A stretch of 64,000 nt of DNA from Balanoglossus misakiensis (taxonomy: Eukaryota > Animalia > Hemichordata): positions 4,728,735-4,792,734 of the forward strand of contig CM082592.2 in assembly GCA_040954595.2 (NCBI GenBank), given 5' to 3'. A program made the translations under genes and the position numbers. Shown here piece by piece: positions 13,001 to 24,920 of this stretch. The notes beneath the pieces were generated by a model, which was not told where the DNA came from, searched no databases, and saw nothing but the letters and a program-made list of their open reading frames with translations. Position 1 is the stretch's first letter, and each line of letters opens with the position of its first letter.

Positions 13001-16000
13001 AAATCTTATTCACTTTGCAAATTTAAAGCTCCATTAGCTGTAATCTTTTCGGTATGTTTTCACTATTTTTCCTTTGTGTGTCTACTACAGTTTCTTGTCA
13101 ATATTCCTGAAAAATAATGAAATGTCAAATTTTCAGCTTATCAACACCACTTCTATACAACATGTATGCAGGCAACATTGTTATTGTGCATGCTTTAAAT
13201 TTAAATCTGGACTAGAATTCATTTTGCGAACAATAACAATGGCCTTTACACACATACAGGCTATTGTTGACAAGTGGAGTACTGGGTATATTAGCTTGGA
13301 CAAGACCAAGATAGCGCATTTGGTACACAGAACAAAAATACTGAAAACAAAGCCAAAAGATACAGCTAATTGTCCCTTTAATGTATGAAAATCAAAAGAA
13401 AGGTACATAAACGTTTACTGGTACTGTGCTGTTTATTCCTACAGGATATATTGCCGGCTGACCAACGAGGAATCCAAACGAATGACCAAGTTACAGAAGA
13501 TAATGCAACTTATCAACACAACCCTCGAAGATGGCGAGACTACTCTTGACCCAGATAACTCTATATGTGAGTGTCATGCAGTAATCAATTTAGTCTCATT
13601 TTTCGTTGTTGGTCGTGGATTTGATTCGGTCAGTTAGTTTATTAGATTCAAGTTTCCAATGGGCACTTTTCTAAAAACGTTAAACGGTTAAACCATTGCA
13701 GCTGCTTCTTTGCTGTAGTACTTGAGACTTTGGGCCAATGCCTTGAAGAAACTTGAACAGTGTAAGGTACATTTAGTAGTACAGTAATTGAACTCATTTG
13801 AAATCACAACTGTGGTGCAATTTATGGAGCCGTCATTATTTCTCCAATAGAGAGTCACACATACGTCTCGAATCCACAATCCTCTGATTGTGACTCTACA
13901 TGTATACCGGTAGTACCCATTTGACTGTCACATCCACTGTCACATCCATGACTTGCATGTAGCAAGCAGGACTTTGCACTGTCCCTGCAATAATGTACGG
14001 TATGATGTTGCTCAGTATGCAGTGCTAAAATCCAAGTTATTTTGATTTGTGCCTATAGGTGATATTGAACTGATCAAACTTGTTTTGTTGGATGCGATGA
14101 TGACGTTGGATGTATCGGAGTACTGGGAAACACTACTGAGCAATCCAAACCCGGCCGAAAATATCAGGTATGTACAATGAAAGATTCAATTCAGGTGTAA
14201 AACAGTCCTAACTCGTGAATCTGCAACTGATCTGAACGTACTTTCATCCCCACATCATGTACATGTGTACCCATGAATGTGTTCAACCAATGGTTGAACA
14301 CTGGACTGTACCATCTTGTGGGGGTGAAATTTCTAGAAAGCTGTACGCGTGTGCGTCTCATACACACTACATTTGTTTTACCATGTGCGAACTATACGGT
14401 CATTAATATCAGAATATGTAGCGATGTCCTGGGTCTCTTGCCCTTTTTACATTCATCCTTTATGCAGTCTACTTCTGCCATCCTGGCCCTTCCCAAGAGG
14501 TGATGACAGAAAGCACAAGGCATTTGGACAATCAGGACTATCACATGAAAATGTTCAGCTAGTGAATTTTTAAAGCCATATGTTATCTGCCTATTGTCGC
14601 TACATATGTATACCTACACAAATGCACATGTACCGGTACACACACACACACACCAGCTCATGCGGACATAATGTCCTTGTTTCACTGTATGTACAGTACA
14701 CTGGCCAAAACTGCACTATACACATCTCTTGCAAGACTCATTCGTTGACCATCTTATTTTCTTTTCCTTTTGTCTTTTTTTGCACGCATGCCTGCCACCT
14801 TTGAATCCGGCTGACTCATGAACTATTTCCAACACTACTTCTATTCCGTTATATATCTACTTCTGCAAATGTATGCGCATCACTTGTCATCACCACCACC
14901 ATCATCATATCTCTTTCATCTGCATGTACTGTGTACATATACATTATCTCTCGGTGGCTGGCCTCTTCTTTGACACTGCATGGCTGCATGGGTCAATCGC
15001 ATATATATTGTACTGGGCGTGATAATTAATAGCCCGTTCCCGCACTCGGTGGCGCTCGCCAACATCACCACATACGAGGTGTCCGAGATAGTGTCCTCGT
15101 GGAACAAATCGGCCTACGAGCTGATTTCCCAGGTCGCATCGAGCCCCGACGATGCCAAGGCCCTGGTGTCTAAACTGCACCGTTCACAAAACGATTCCTA
15201 CGACGAGCTGTTGACTCTTTTACTGTCTAGGACTAGTAACGCTTCTAAAGACACCGCCTACGGTATTGTCGATACTGAAGCCGGCGGTAGTTCTGATAGC
15301 GACACCGCAAACCAGCCCATTGGGCCTGGGTAAGTTCCTTCACCAGGTGTCATAGGTGTTCACCAGATGTAAAGTTATTCAGCACCCAGGCCTATATCGC
15401 CATAGATGTCTTAATCGAACAACAATGATGCATGCTCATAAACTCAGTTCTCAGTATACATGTATGCTTTCACCACTGTTCTCTGTACATTGGAATGACC
15501 CTTTGGATGCTGGATCGATCCATTCTACAGTAAACAGGTGGAACAGTGTGCTATTTAAAGTCAGACATCTGTATCCAGTCTTAAGCCATGTGATCTGCGG
15601 TTACCCATACATTTTCCACAGTCACTGTGAATATTGAAATTTTTGTTTACCGGTAGTCATGCAGATCAAATGGTATTCTTTTTCTCCTGAAATACTTGTG
15701 TCTACATTGTAAATAAAGCCTTAATGTACGTGTAAGTTTTATCAGTTTACTCATAATTTTATGGTAATTTTTTGGTAGTCTAGTGTGTATTACATGGCTA
15801 CACTTGAACATACAATGTCATACTATGTGCGCATAACGTGCACATAAACATATTTTTCTCTATGTGCAATATAAGTCAGATATATTTTCTTTGTTTATGT
15901 CAATGAAATTTTTATCACTGATATGTGATCTGACAATGCATGTTTTGTCAAGTGTCAGTTTTTGTCACAGCGTTGTGCTTAAAAACTTAGTGTTGCTATG

Positions 16001-19000
16001 GATTTTGTGTCAGTACTTGGAGTTGTGCTATCATGTATGTATCAATTGTCGTGGTATTATATGTTAGTACAGAAGTAATAATTATATTGTTAATATTTGT
16101 CCATGCTAGTGTTATACCTTTGTTGTATATAGTATGTAGCAATATATTTGGATTGAGTCAACATCAGAAACATAGCACCTTAAATATCCATACAGTTACT
16201 TTATTTTAATATTTTTCACTGTATGTTATTGTTGATATAATTTACTATCACTGATGATTTCATTAACTCTGGAATTAAAATACAAATTAATGACAAGATG
16301 GGGACCCACCCCAGAAGACTGTGAGAATATCACAGGACACCAGAATGGAACATACCACTTGCAATATGGGGGTAGGGAAGGGCAGACGAAATCTTATGTG
16401 CAGGGAGTGTCAGGGTTAAAGTTATACATGAACGTGTTGGTCTGGGATTTATGTTGATAGGAGAGAGGGTTGGGGTTTATCCCCTATAAAGGAACTGTTT
16501 TACATTACATTACTTGTAAGTTTCTTCTTTTTTTTTTGCTCTATAGCAATGGTATTGTATTACAATTTGTTGGCACCAATGGAGGTTTAACCAGATCTAG
16601 TTGGAACTCTATGTCTGCGACCGCTACGTAAGTATATACACTCACCTGGTCATGAACCATGACTTAAAAAAAAGCTGCAAAATAAACATTTTTTCCTGTT
16701 TCGGCCAGCACATTCCCCACACCTATCTTTCCTGATTTTCTACATCATCATTGATAAGCGCCTAGACATATTTTACCAATCTCTATGGTACATGTATATA
16801 TTGACCAGAACTGAGTACAAATGCAGCCTGTACATGGCACCTTAATTTTGCAAAGATTCCTGCTTCTGTACGTCTGTCAGACCTTTTGGTTAACAATTAG
16901 TGGATATAAGCATTATTTATATAATTTATTCACTGTCTTAACAATAACTTTACAATATTTTTTTTCATGCTGACAGTGATTTTGTGGAGGAAAATAGCAA
17001 TACTCTCCAAGAAGATTATTACACTAGAGCAGTTGAATTGGGTGAAGACAAATTTCTGTACTCTGTACCAATAGTCTTGTCAGATGCAGGTAAGTACACA
17101 CACATTCACACACACACAAAGACACACAGTCGTGGTCTTAGTGTATCAGTACATTCTTAGCATTGATGTAGACTGACCTGGTTGCAGTTATAACCGTTTT
17201 TTTGGACTTGTGAATCATGTACCGGTCCGATAATCATCTGCACCACATTTTATTCATTGATTTGAAAACCAGAAATGAGTCACAGGACTTTTCGTTTATT
17301 TTACAGAAGAACAGAACGAAACCCTGGTGACTGCGAGTTCGGTCGTGATGGCAGGAAATGCTGTGGCTGCTGGTGAGTAACAGGAATTAGAAGAAACAAA
17401 AATCATAAAATTCAGAATTTATAACTGCATCTAGTTAAAGCCACAATAGCTGCCATTTTTTGCATTACTATAAAGGAGATGCATTAAATTTTCAAATTTG
17501 AGATAAATTCAATACTGTTTTTGTCAAATACTATCATACTTTCATGTTCTTACACTTTTATATGCTTGTGTTTGTTTTGTTATTCTGCAGTTGCTGGTAT
17601 TCAGTTCAAGTCAGCATATCTGCGAGAAATCTTTGAAGAGATTACAGAAAGTGTAAGTGTAATAAAGTGCATCCTTTTGGCTCATTAACAGTATACAAAT
17701 TCATCTAGAGATAATTTACTGGTTCAGAGTGTAAAATAATATAAAATCTCATTTCTGTTCATATTCAGTGTCCTGAAGGTGTCTGTCGCAATTGTTCGGA
17801 TGAGGTAAGTCAACTTCCTTGGTACGTCTCACACCCCTGTTCCATGTAAATCAATGTGGCCATTTCACTGAAAACACTGGGATTCAACCATGGTGAGGGG
17901 ATGGAAGGGTGAAGCTTGTAATATTACTGAGAGCTCAAACAAATATTGACGAAGCCTAGTGGTAATTGTTCCTATAAATAAAATACATATTCTATGTCAG
18001 AAGGTCCCCAAGTTGTTATTTAGTTAAATCCCAAATGTTAGTACAGGATTAATGAAGGATTTCCACCAATCACTGACCCCTACGAATTAATTTCCACCAA
18101 TCACTGACCCCTACAAAATAATTTCCACCAATCACTGAACCCTGTAATTTTTACCATCTCCCACAGCTGATAGACTGTTATTTACTGGACAACAGTGGTT
18201 ACATCGTATTCTCTGAGTATCCCACAGAAGTAAGTAACTTTGTCTTGCTAGAATATTTCAATTTCTTATTAAAATCTCTGGCTTTCTATATAGGTATGTT
18301 CTGGTACCGGGGATTGGGGGGGGGGGGTGTGATTTTGAAGTACGCTTGGCATTTCATAACTGCAGTCTTGGAGTTTCTATCTATTGCTGTTACCATGGAG
18401 AACTACATTAATTCTGTCAGGGGTGAAACAAGGAACCATGCTTGACCAGTGATCCTCAGTTGCAATACGCACTTAATGTGAGGCTTTTATTTTGTTGTCT
18501 GTAGATTGGCAAGCCTCTGACTCGAATTGACAGCGGTGCTTTTCTGATGGCCGAACTCTCGAGGGAACCTCGGAATGTTTTTAAAAGGTAAGTTTAGAGA
18601 ACCATCGCAGGAAGACAGATTTTTGCTGTTTAATTTAATTTCTGTCTTTGTAGTTAGCATATTAAACTCATTCAACTTTTCTTCACATTTTTGTGAATGA
18701 CCCAGTACGTATCACTTGAGCTTGTGAATTTCCATTTCTTAAACAGGGCAAAAAGTGGCCATCTTGAAATTGTGTCGGCCATGAGATTTTCATCACTTAC
18801 CTAGGTAGCAAAAACCTATTTAAGGTAGCAAGAATTACACCTACTTGTCCTGATTTGCTTTTATTCTCTGTGGCCGTCCTTCATTTCAGAATAATAATAA
18901 CAGATTTCCAGGGAATGTGTCAAGATGCAGATCCAGGTGGCAGCATGGCCTCTCGTCTTCTGGATGTAAGTCACTCTGCTTTCCCTCTCAAAACAACAAT

Positions 19001-21737
19001 TTATGATTTTGTTTTAAAGGTATACAATCACCCGTAATTTACATATGCCCATAAATGATTTAAAAGGTTGGTGTATAAGTCTTCCAATGGCCATTTTGGT
19101 GGCACACTTTTTTCCATGAAAATCTGTGATTGGCTGGATCTGAACTTTCCGTGGTATCCGACTGAATTTCCATAGAGGACTGTGTACCTTTAAGGAATGT
19201 TCAGTTTTCCAAGACAGTGATGAGTTCGTCCCATGCATGGATATATACATTGTGAAACTTAAATCATGTTGGTTTGCTATCATCATCAGTATAAAAATGC
19301 TGAATATTTTTTATTTTTATTTCGACAGCCGTTTTTTTCAGTAACTGCATACATCAAGTGGTGGACACATTACTTTGTGCTGTAAGTATTAATGGCCAGT
19401 CTGACAGATGACATGCCAGTGCATTTCAATACACACAATGAAACCGTAAAGAATTTACTGGGCACGTTTCTCACTTGTCATGTTGCAGCTGTTACCATAT
19501 GTATATAGATTATGAGCCTATTCAGTTTATCAGACAGCTTTGAAGAATACTGTAAAACGGGAAATTTTCACAACTGGAAATTTTCGCGATATCAACAGAG
19601 ATGACTATTTCGCGATGATTCATTCAGTGCCTTTGTTGTTTTGAATTCTCAGGTCGCTGCTGCAGTTCAGTTTCTATGATTGGTGGTATGCTGCTGCAGC
19701 CACGGTGCAGCCAGTAGGTAAGTCACTGAACACACAAATCACAAAAAACAGATGTATAGGCACAGAACATTAGCTGCACACTTGATATGTGTGCGCATTT
19801 GTCTCTCCCCATAGGATTACATTGAGATTAGTCAGAAAACACACTTTTACTATTGTCATTTTCATGAAATTTTACACATAGCTTTAGTCAAATAGAAATC
19901 AAGTGGTCTAATAAAATTGTATGGTTACCACACTCTGCATATTCCAATACATGTGTTTGCATCCATTCACTGACACACAATAAGAAACAGTAACTTTCAG
20001 TTTAAATGTAAGAATTACACTTTCGGTTTAAATGTAAGAATTACACCAAGGGTCATATCATTAATTGTTTTTTGTTCTCTCTCTCTTGCAGCGTACAAAC
20101 ACACCTTTTCCGACAATCCCTGTGATCGAGTCTACACCTTCTTTGATCACAAGGCTGGGCAACAGAGTGGAAGTAAACATTCCAGCGCCATGGGTGAACC
20201 CTATTGTGAAAAGTATGTCTCTCGATCTCTCCCCTTCTCCCTCTCTTTGATTGAAGTTAACTGTACCAGTAAACTAGTGTGTTACATTCAGTACGGTTGA
20301 ATTGAAATGATCAAATCTCACAAACAGCAGCTATAGATGAAGAGGAATTTAACTAGTATATGTTTGTATACATGTACATGTAAATTGAATGGATCGTCCC
20401 CGTTGTGATTTTTGGTTTTCTCACATCCCGTAAAACCATCCAGGCTTGCTCATTGCAAAGTATACCTCCTCTACAGGTAGAAGAAAATATATGTTCTTAA
20501 TGAGTAAAAAAAAAACCTTTAGTAAATAAAAATATAGCATTGTTGGCAACCAACGGGTATTTTAAATGAGGTTGTGGTATTGAAAAAGTGCAACTGAAAA
20601 TTGAATAGTACTGATTCAGAAAACATTTACCTGAAACCTCACCTTGTTCTCCGTTTCCTTTCGTCCGCAGGTTTTACTCTGTGGAAGCAGTGCCCAACAG
20701 TAACCTTCTTTTGCTGGTGGTGGACGCCACCTGTGAGGGCGCGTTGAACGACACCATCTTCGAACCGGTGAAGAAGGATTACAATTCGACGGAGAAGTGC
20801 GAGAGGTTGCAGAAGCAGAGACATCGCACGCGGCCGGAGACGTGCCATGCATATCACCCGGAAGTAAGTGACACTTTTTGGATAATAATACATGTGGCTG
20901 CACTACAATAAGTAATAAATGGGGGAGTTCCGATCTGCATTTGTATGGCGTACACTTGGGAATAGGTTCGGAATGAAGAGAGAGACGGAATGGCCAGTAC
21001 TTCAGTGGGAAGTCAAATGTAGTTCCTGTTTTATGTTCGAAACTCTGCGGTTTATATACAGTGGTTTGAACTGTGACTTTTGGTAACACGGCATAATTGG
21101 TAGAACAATAGCATTTGGTAGTTGTGGAGTTAAAGATTTACAGAGTAGAAAGAACAATGGCAATACCCATTCCTAATAAACAGAGAGTGTATGGGCTTAT
21201 AAACTCTAGTTCTCAGAGAAGTTGGTAGGCGAAGCCAGCCTTGAACATCACGTGGTTCCCTGCAACAGCCTTTTTTTCAATACTTGTTGAACAGTCTCTG
21301 TGCTTGTTATTTTTCTGTGTTACCCCCACCTGTCTTATCAGTTGCTAATCCAGAATACAAGCTATCGAATTTTCCTTTTAAATAAGCACCTGCTTATTCT
21401 GTGTGCCCCATCCACAGATTAAGTTCTTAAAGTAAACATAAGTCAGTAGAGTACTGGTAATGTTAGCAGCTCCCTGTGAATAATGGTGTCATCCTTGCAA
21501 GTTTGGTCTCTTAGAAACTTGCATTGTTGATATAAAACAAAACCCACAACATTCTGCACATATCCACTTTGACTTACAACTTTGCCAACTGGTTGATGTC
21601 TTCCCAACTTTTCTGTTTTACAGGAAAACGCCGATGACTGTGGAAGCGGGCACAACATCAGGCCTTCCGTGGTCCTAACATTGACAGTGGCATTTTACGT
21701 CGCCCTCAAACATTTACAGATATTTCAAATACAATAA
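1085..21737 (+). CDS. CACNA2D: Voltage-dependent calcium channel alpha2-delta subunit (alpha2delta-3/4-like), 5'-partial, multi-exon
   Basis: Phase-consistent GT-AG exons: 1085-1159, 1292-1381, 1975-2085, 2346-2424, 2603-2652, 3142-3225, 6531-6587, 6904-6984, 7276-7431, 9393-9464, 9779-9840, 10016-10083, 10392-10443, 13445-13566, 14059-14167, 16547-16627, 16977-17089, 17307-17372, 17591-17652, 17769-17804, 18167-18229, 18505-18587, 18890-18965, 19329-19381, 19653-19717, 20092-20212, 20671-20863, 21624-21737. Family motifs: VWA '[11 protein letters not shown]', 'VRLFTYVIG', 'MACQNKGYFTQI', '[10 protein letters not shown]', 'WTNVYMD', '[10 protein letters not shown]', '[24 protein letters not shown]', '[10 protein letters not shown]', '[10 protein letters not shown]', '[16 protein letters not shown]' and a hydrophobic GPI-type tail. 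Confidence 0.95.
4755..4763 (+). other. Candidate 9-nt microexon (S-A-D) of the alpha2-delta gene
   Basis: About 88 nt of AG-free pyrimidine-rich sequence, then taag|TCTGCAGAT|gtgagt. Phase 0/0, matching the intron between 3225 and 6531. Confidence 0.45.
5664..5684 (+). other. Candidate 21-nt microexon (KCSIRSS) of the alpha2-delta gene
   Basis: About 118 nt AG-free zone, then acag|AAATGCTCCATTAGATCTTCG|gtgaga. Phase 0/0, no stop. Confidence 0.5.
7926..8123 (+). CDS. Candidate 198-nt cassette exon (66 aa) of alpha2-delta
   Basis: tgcag|TACTAT...ATGAAG|gtgatc. Open in phase 0/0: [68 protein letters not shown]-free, TGC-rich upstream zone. Confidence 0.6.
8216..8300. mobile_element. piggyBac-type MITE (TTAA|CCCTTTCACC...GGTGAAAGGG|TTAA)
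   Basis: TTAA at 8212-8215 and 8301-8304, CCC termini. Related copies at 22096-22180, 27171-27255 and a degenerate one at ~8335-8425. Confidence 0.8.
8816..8958. mobile_element. Kolobok-type MITE with 30-bp TIRs
   Basis: TTAA|GATGGGTCCCTAGGATCTTTTTGCTCGTTG...CAACGGGCAAAAAGATCCTAGGGACCCATC|TTAA. One mismatch between TIRs, RR...YY termini. Confidence 0.85.
10460..12403. mobile_element. Non-autonomous Kolobok-like DNA transposon (~1.94 kb) in an alpha2-delta intron
   Basis: TTAA TSD (10456-10459, 12404-12407). TIRs AGAGCATATCTTGCCT / AGGTAAGATAGGCTCT with 2 mismatches. Perfect 21-bp subterminal IR (10653-10673, 12220-12240). CpG-rich relative to the host intron. Possible THAP-start relic [13 protein letters not shown] at 10748. 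Confidence 0.85.
15033..15329 (+). CDS. Candidate 297-nt cassette exon (99 aa) of alpha2-delta
   Basis: atag|CCCGTTC...CCTGG|gtaagt. Phase 2/2, matching flanking exons (14167 and 16547). Same frame as ORF 14980..15333. About 295 nt AG-free zone upstream. Confidence 0.75.
18059..18145. repeat. Minisatellite, ~31-bp unit x ~3
   Basis: ATTTCCACCAATCACTGACCCCTAC repeated three times just upstream of exon 18167. Confidence 0.8.
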
Positions 21738-22095
21738 AATATCCTTCCTCTCTCTTCCACCTATTTAAATAATATTAACTGCACTTTGATGTATTATAGT
21801 CTTGATGATGGCGGAAAAAACAGCTTTGTCAGTTGTCCAGTTTCAATTTACATTAAGGCTCGAGTTTACCTGATGTCTTCATTGCAATTGCTGCCGTTTT
21901 GGTCTTGTCGGTATTACATGTTATACTGTGTCTTTGGTATTTTCAGTCTGTGCTCAGATATGTGTCTTGCACAGAACATCTTTTGTAGTGTTAGTGAAAA
22001 CTTTGGAAATATTTTTTACATGAATCTCAAATATTTGACTTCACAATTTGGCTACAGTTGATCAAAAACTGTTTGGTTGTGTGTTTTAAGTTTAA

Positions 22096-22180
22096 CCCTT
22101 TCACAACCATCGTTCGGTCCAAGTCCATTGTTTTCTATGGTAAAGTTGGACCTCTAAAGAAGGAACTGGGGGTGAAAGGG
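22096..22180. mobile_element. piggyBac-type MITE copy downstream of the alpha2-delta stop (probable 3' UTR)
   Basis: TTAA|CCCTTTCAC...GTGAAAGGG|TTAA. Same family as 8216-8300, opposite orientation. Confidence 0.75.
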
Positions 22181-24920
22181 TTAAATGTTGACTGATAATT
22201 TGCGCACGCACAGAATGTATACAGTTTCACTTGACATTTAATATTGTACATGTAGTTAGATATTGTCGTTATAGGGTAACTGAGGATCCAGCCTTCCTTT
22301 TTTTGAGGGCAGCCACTGCCTACTGTATTGACCATAGAAGTGTGGTTCACCCACTTTGCGATCAACATCGCAAATGCCTGGACAGTGAAAAATTTCATCA
22401 CTAATTTTTGACGTTGAAAATGTTTTACAGCCAACTAGTAGGTTAAATCACGTGACATTTTCCAACTTTTTGCGGTGTCGTTTACACAAAAAATATGCCA
22501 GTTATAGAGGCAACATTTCCAAGTGTTAGTGTAGTAGGTAGAGAGTACAGTTGTCATGGTTACCCACGGTTGCCGAGCGACTGCTTTCATCATCAGTATC
22601 AAACAGGAACTACATACCTGTTAAGTTATAAACCAGAACTAACCGTGTTAGTTAAATTTGGTTATGCGGCGTGTGATTTGCTGGCTAAAATTTATCATTA
22701 CATTGAGACAGACTGAAAAATGCACACTTCATCTGTCCCGTAATTAGTTAGTGGATTAGACTAGATGGAATTGTTTAACGCAAAGAAACAAATTTTGGAC
22801 AGCCAAGTTCTGAATTTGTGACTTAGGTTAGGTAGGAGTAGGCGAGATTTTGAAGTTTGTAAATCATGATAAGTTTGAGAGACCAGATTATGTGTCACTT
22901 GGTATAGATGACCAGTACCTGGCTTCAACATCAACATTTTTTACGTACATTGAGAACTATGATATTAATTAACCTAAACTCTTTTTCAGTGTGGACATAT
23001 GGCTTGTAGATCATAGATGTATGCAGATGAAAGATAGCCATGAGATTGCATTGACAAAAAAAAGACAATATAAGATAATCGCGAGATTGTTTTGACAAAA
23101 AAAAGATAATTTAAGATGGTCGTTAAGATTGATTGGACAAAAACCTTCGCACCCCAATTTACCAGTACATAGGTCCAGCCTGATCATTGAAACAATAGGA
23201 CTGAACCACAGCACAGGGGTGCCAGGGTTTAGGAATGTGCTGCTTTTTTATATCCTTTTTATATCTTTTACAGACTTCATTAATTTATCAATAAGGAGTT
23301 CAGTTTTTCAGATTGGTTGGTTTCATATGTATATTAAATTGGATGATAATTATAGATGGTCAAATTTTGCTTGCAAATATAAATTCTGTTATCCAGTGTC
23401 CACAAAGTACGTTTTCGGTGCAGTTTACTGTTTCAAAATGTTTCTGTCTTTTTTTGGAAAAAGACCCGAGCAATATGGGCATATCATTATGTATTTGACT
23501 AGTTTTGTGTTCAATGTATGCAATATCAGCAAATTCATTCAGCACAGTTTTCAAGATGGTATTATTTATGTATATAATAACTGAAGTATTGACCTTTGAC
23601 CTCTTCTATCGATATACACTGCGTTCAGTATTTATCAGTTACTGACACAATTATGATTCTAATTTTCAAAAAAGTTGGGCGGAAAATACCAAAAGACAAG
23701 GGTCTTCGTTGTTGGTCAACTTGCTAGAATGAAAGATGTGATCTGTATTTCAAGCCAATTAAAAAAATGGCATATCGGAACAACTGAGCAAAGGTTCTGA
23801 TATCGGCAAGTTGTTTACGTCATACCTGAAGAAAATTGATGAAATTACTCTAAAAATGTTTGAATTTAATATCTCTTTTTTTTTTAAATTTAAATTATTA
23901 ATGTGGACGGAGTTTCCCTGTAAATGATTGTGTGTACTTGTACATTAGCATTTGAACACAGAGAAATTTCATACAGGAGTTTCTTGTATAGAGTCGGGTG
24001 GCTTTATAAGGTGACCCTTAGTGTGGCCAGGCAGTCTGCATGGTCAACCTGGAGACGGAGACAGAACACAGTCTGGACATGGTGCAGGTCATTCATAGCG
24101 CCCTTAGACTCTGTTTGAATGAACTCTGGTTTGTCTAGATGTGTTGCATTCAGTTCAAAGTTTGTATAAAGTAGAACTACCGTAAATACCCAAAGAAGCT
24201 GATGAAAACTGCCATTTATATTACGCTGCCAACTTGACCAAGCCCTGACTTGAACCAAGTCTTACAGTCCAGAGAGAACTCCATGATACGTAAGTGTGAT
24301 CATACACCTTGATCTCCTGCAGGTTCTCGTTCATGTAATAATTCTTATTCCTCTTACCAGTGATATATAGATACTGTAACATTGATATTGGAAGCAAATG
24401 CCTATCGTGTATGGTGGCATCTTTGAGATAAAATGTTTACCTGCTTATTCTGTGAGACATTTCACAAAATCAGGTTTATTGAATAATTTATTGTGAATAA
24501 AACCTACTTTTTTTCAATTAATTGATTGGGTAAAAGCATGTTTTCCTAATGAGGAAAATGTATCACATTTTGATCCTGAAAATGTTGCATGAATAGAAAT
24601 GACTATTGACACCCATCTGTATAATTATATTTTTTATTAAGTCTGTAAAGCTCTTTAAAATATTATAAAATGGTCTGCAAAAACAAGCAATGAAAAGAAG
24701 GTAAGATCAATGCTTCACAAGACATAAATGTTGTTGCAGAGCATCAAATGGAAGATAGCAAAAACCTACAGAAAAGTTACGTAAAGTATAATCTATAGAA
24801 AAATATATATTTGAAACAAAGCGGACTGCATGCATCCATAAAAGTCCTGGAAATGTTTTTTTTGTGGGGGCTCATCTGACTTCTTCAGTGAAGTGCATTT
24901 CACGTTTTTGTGTGTTTTTT

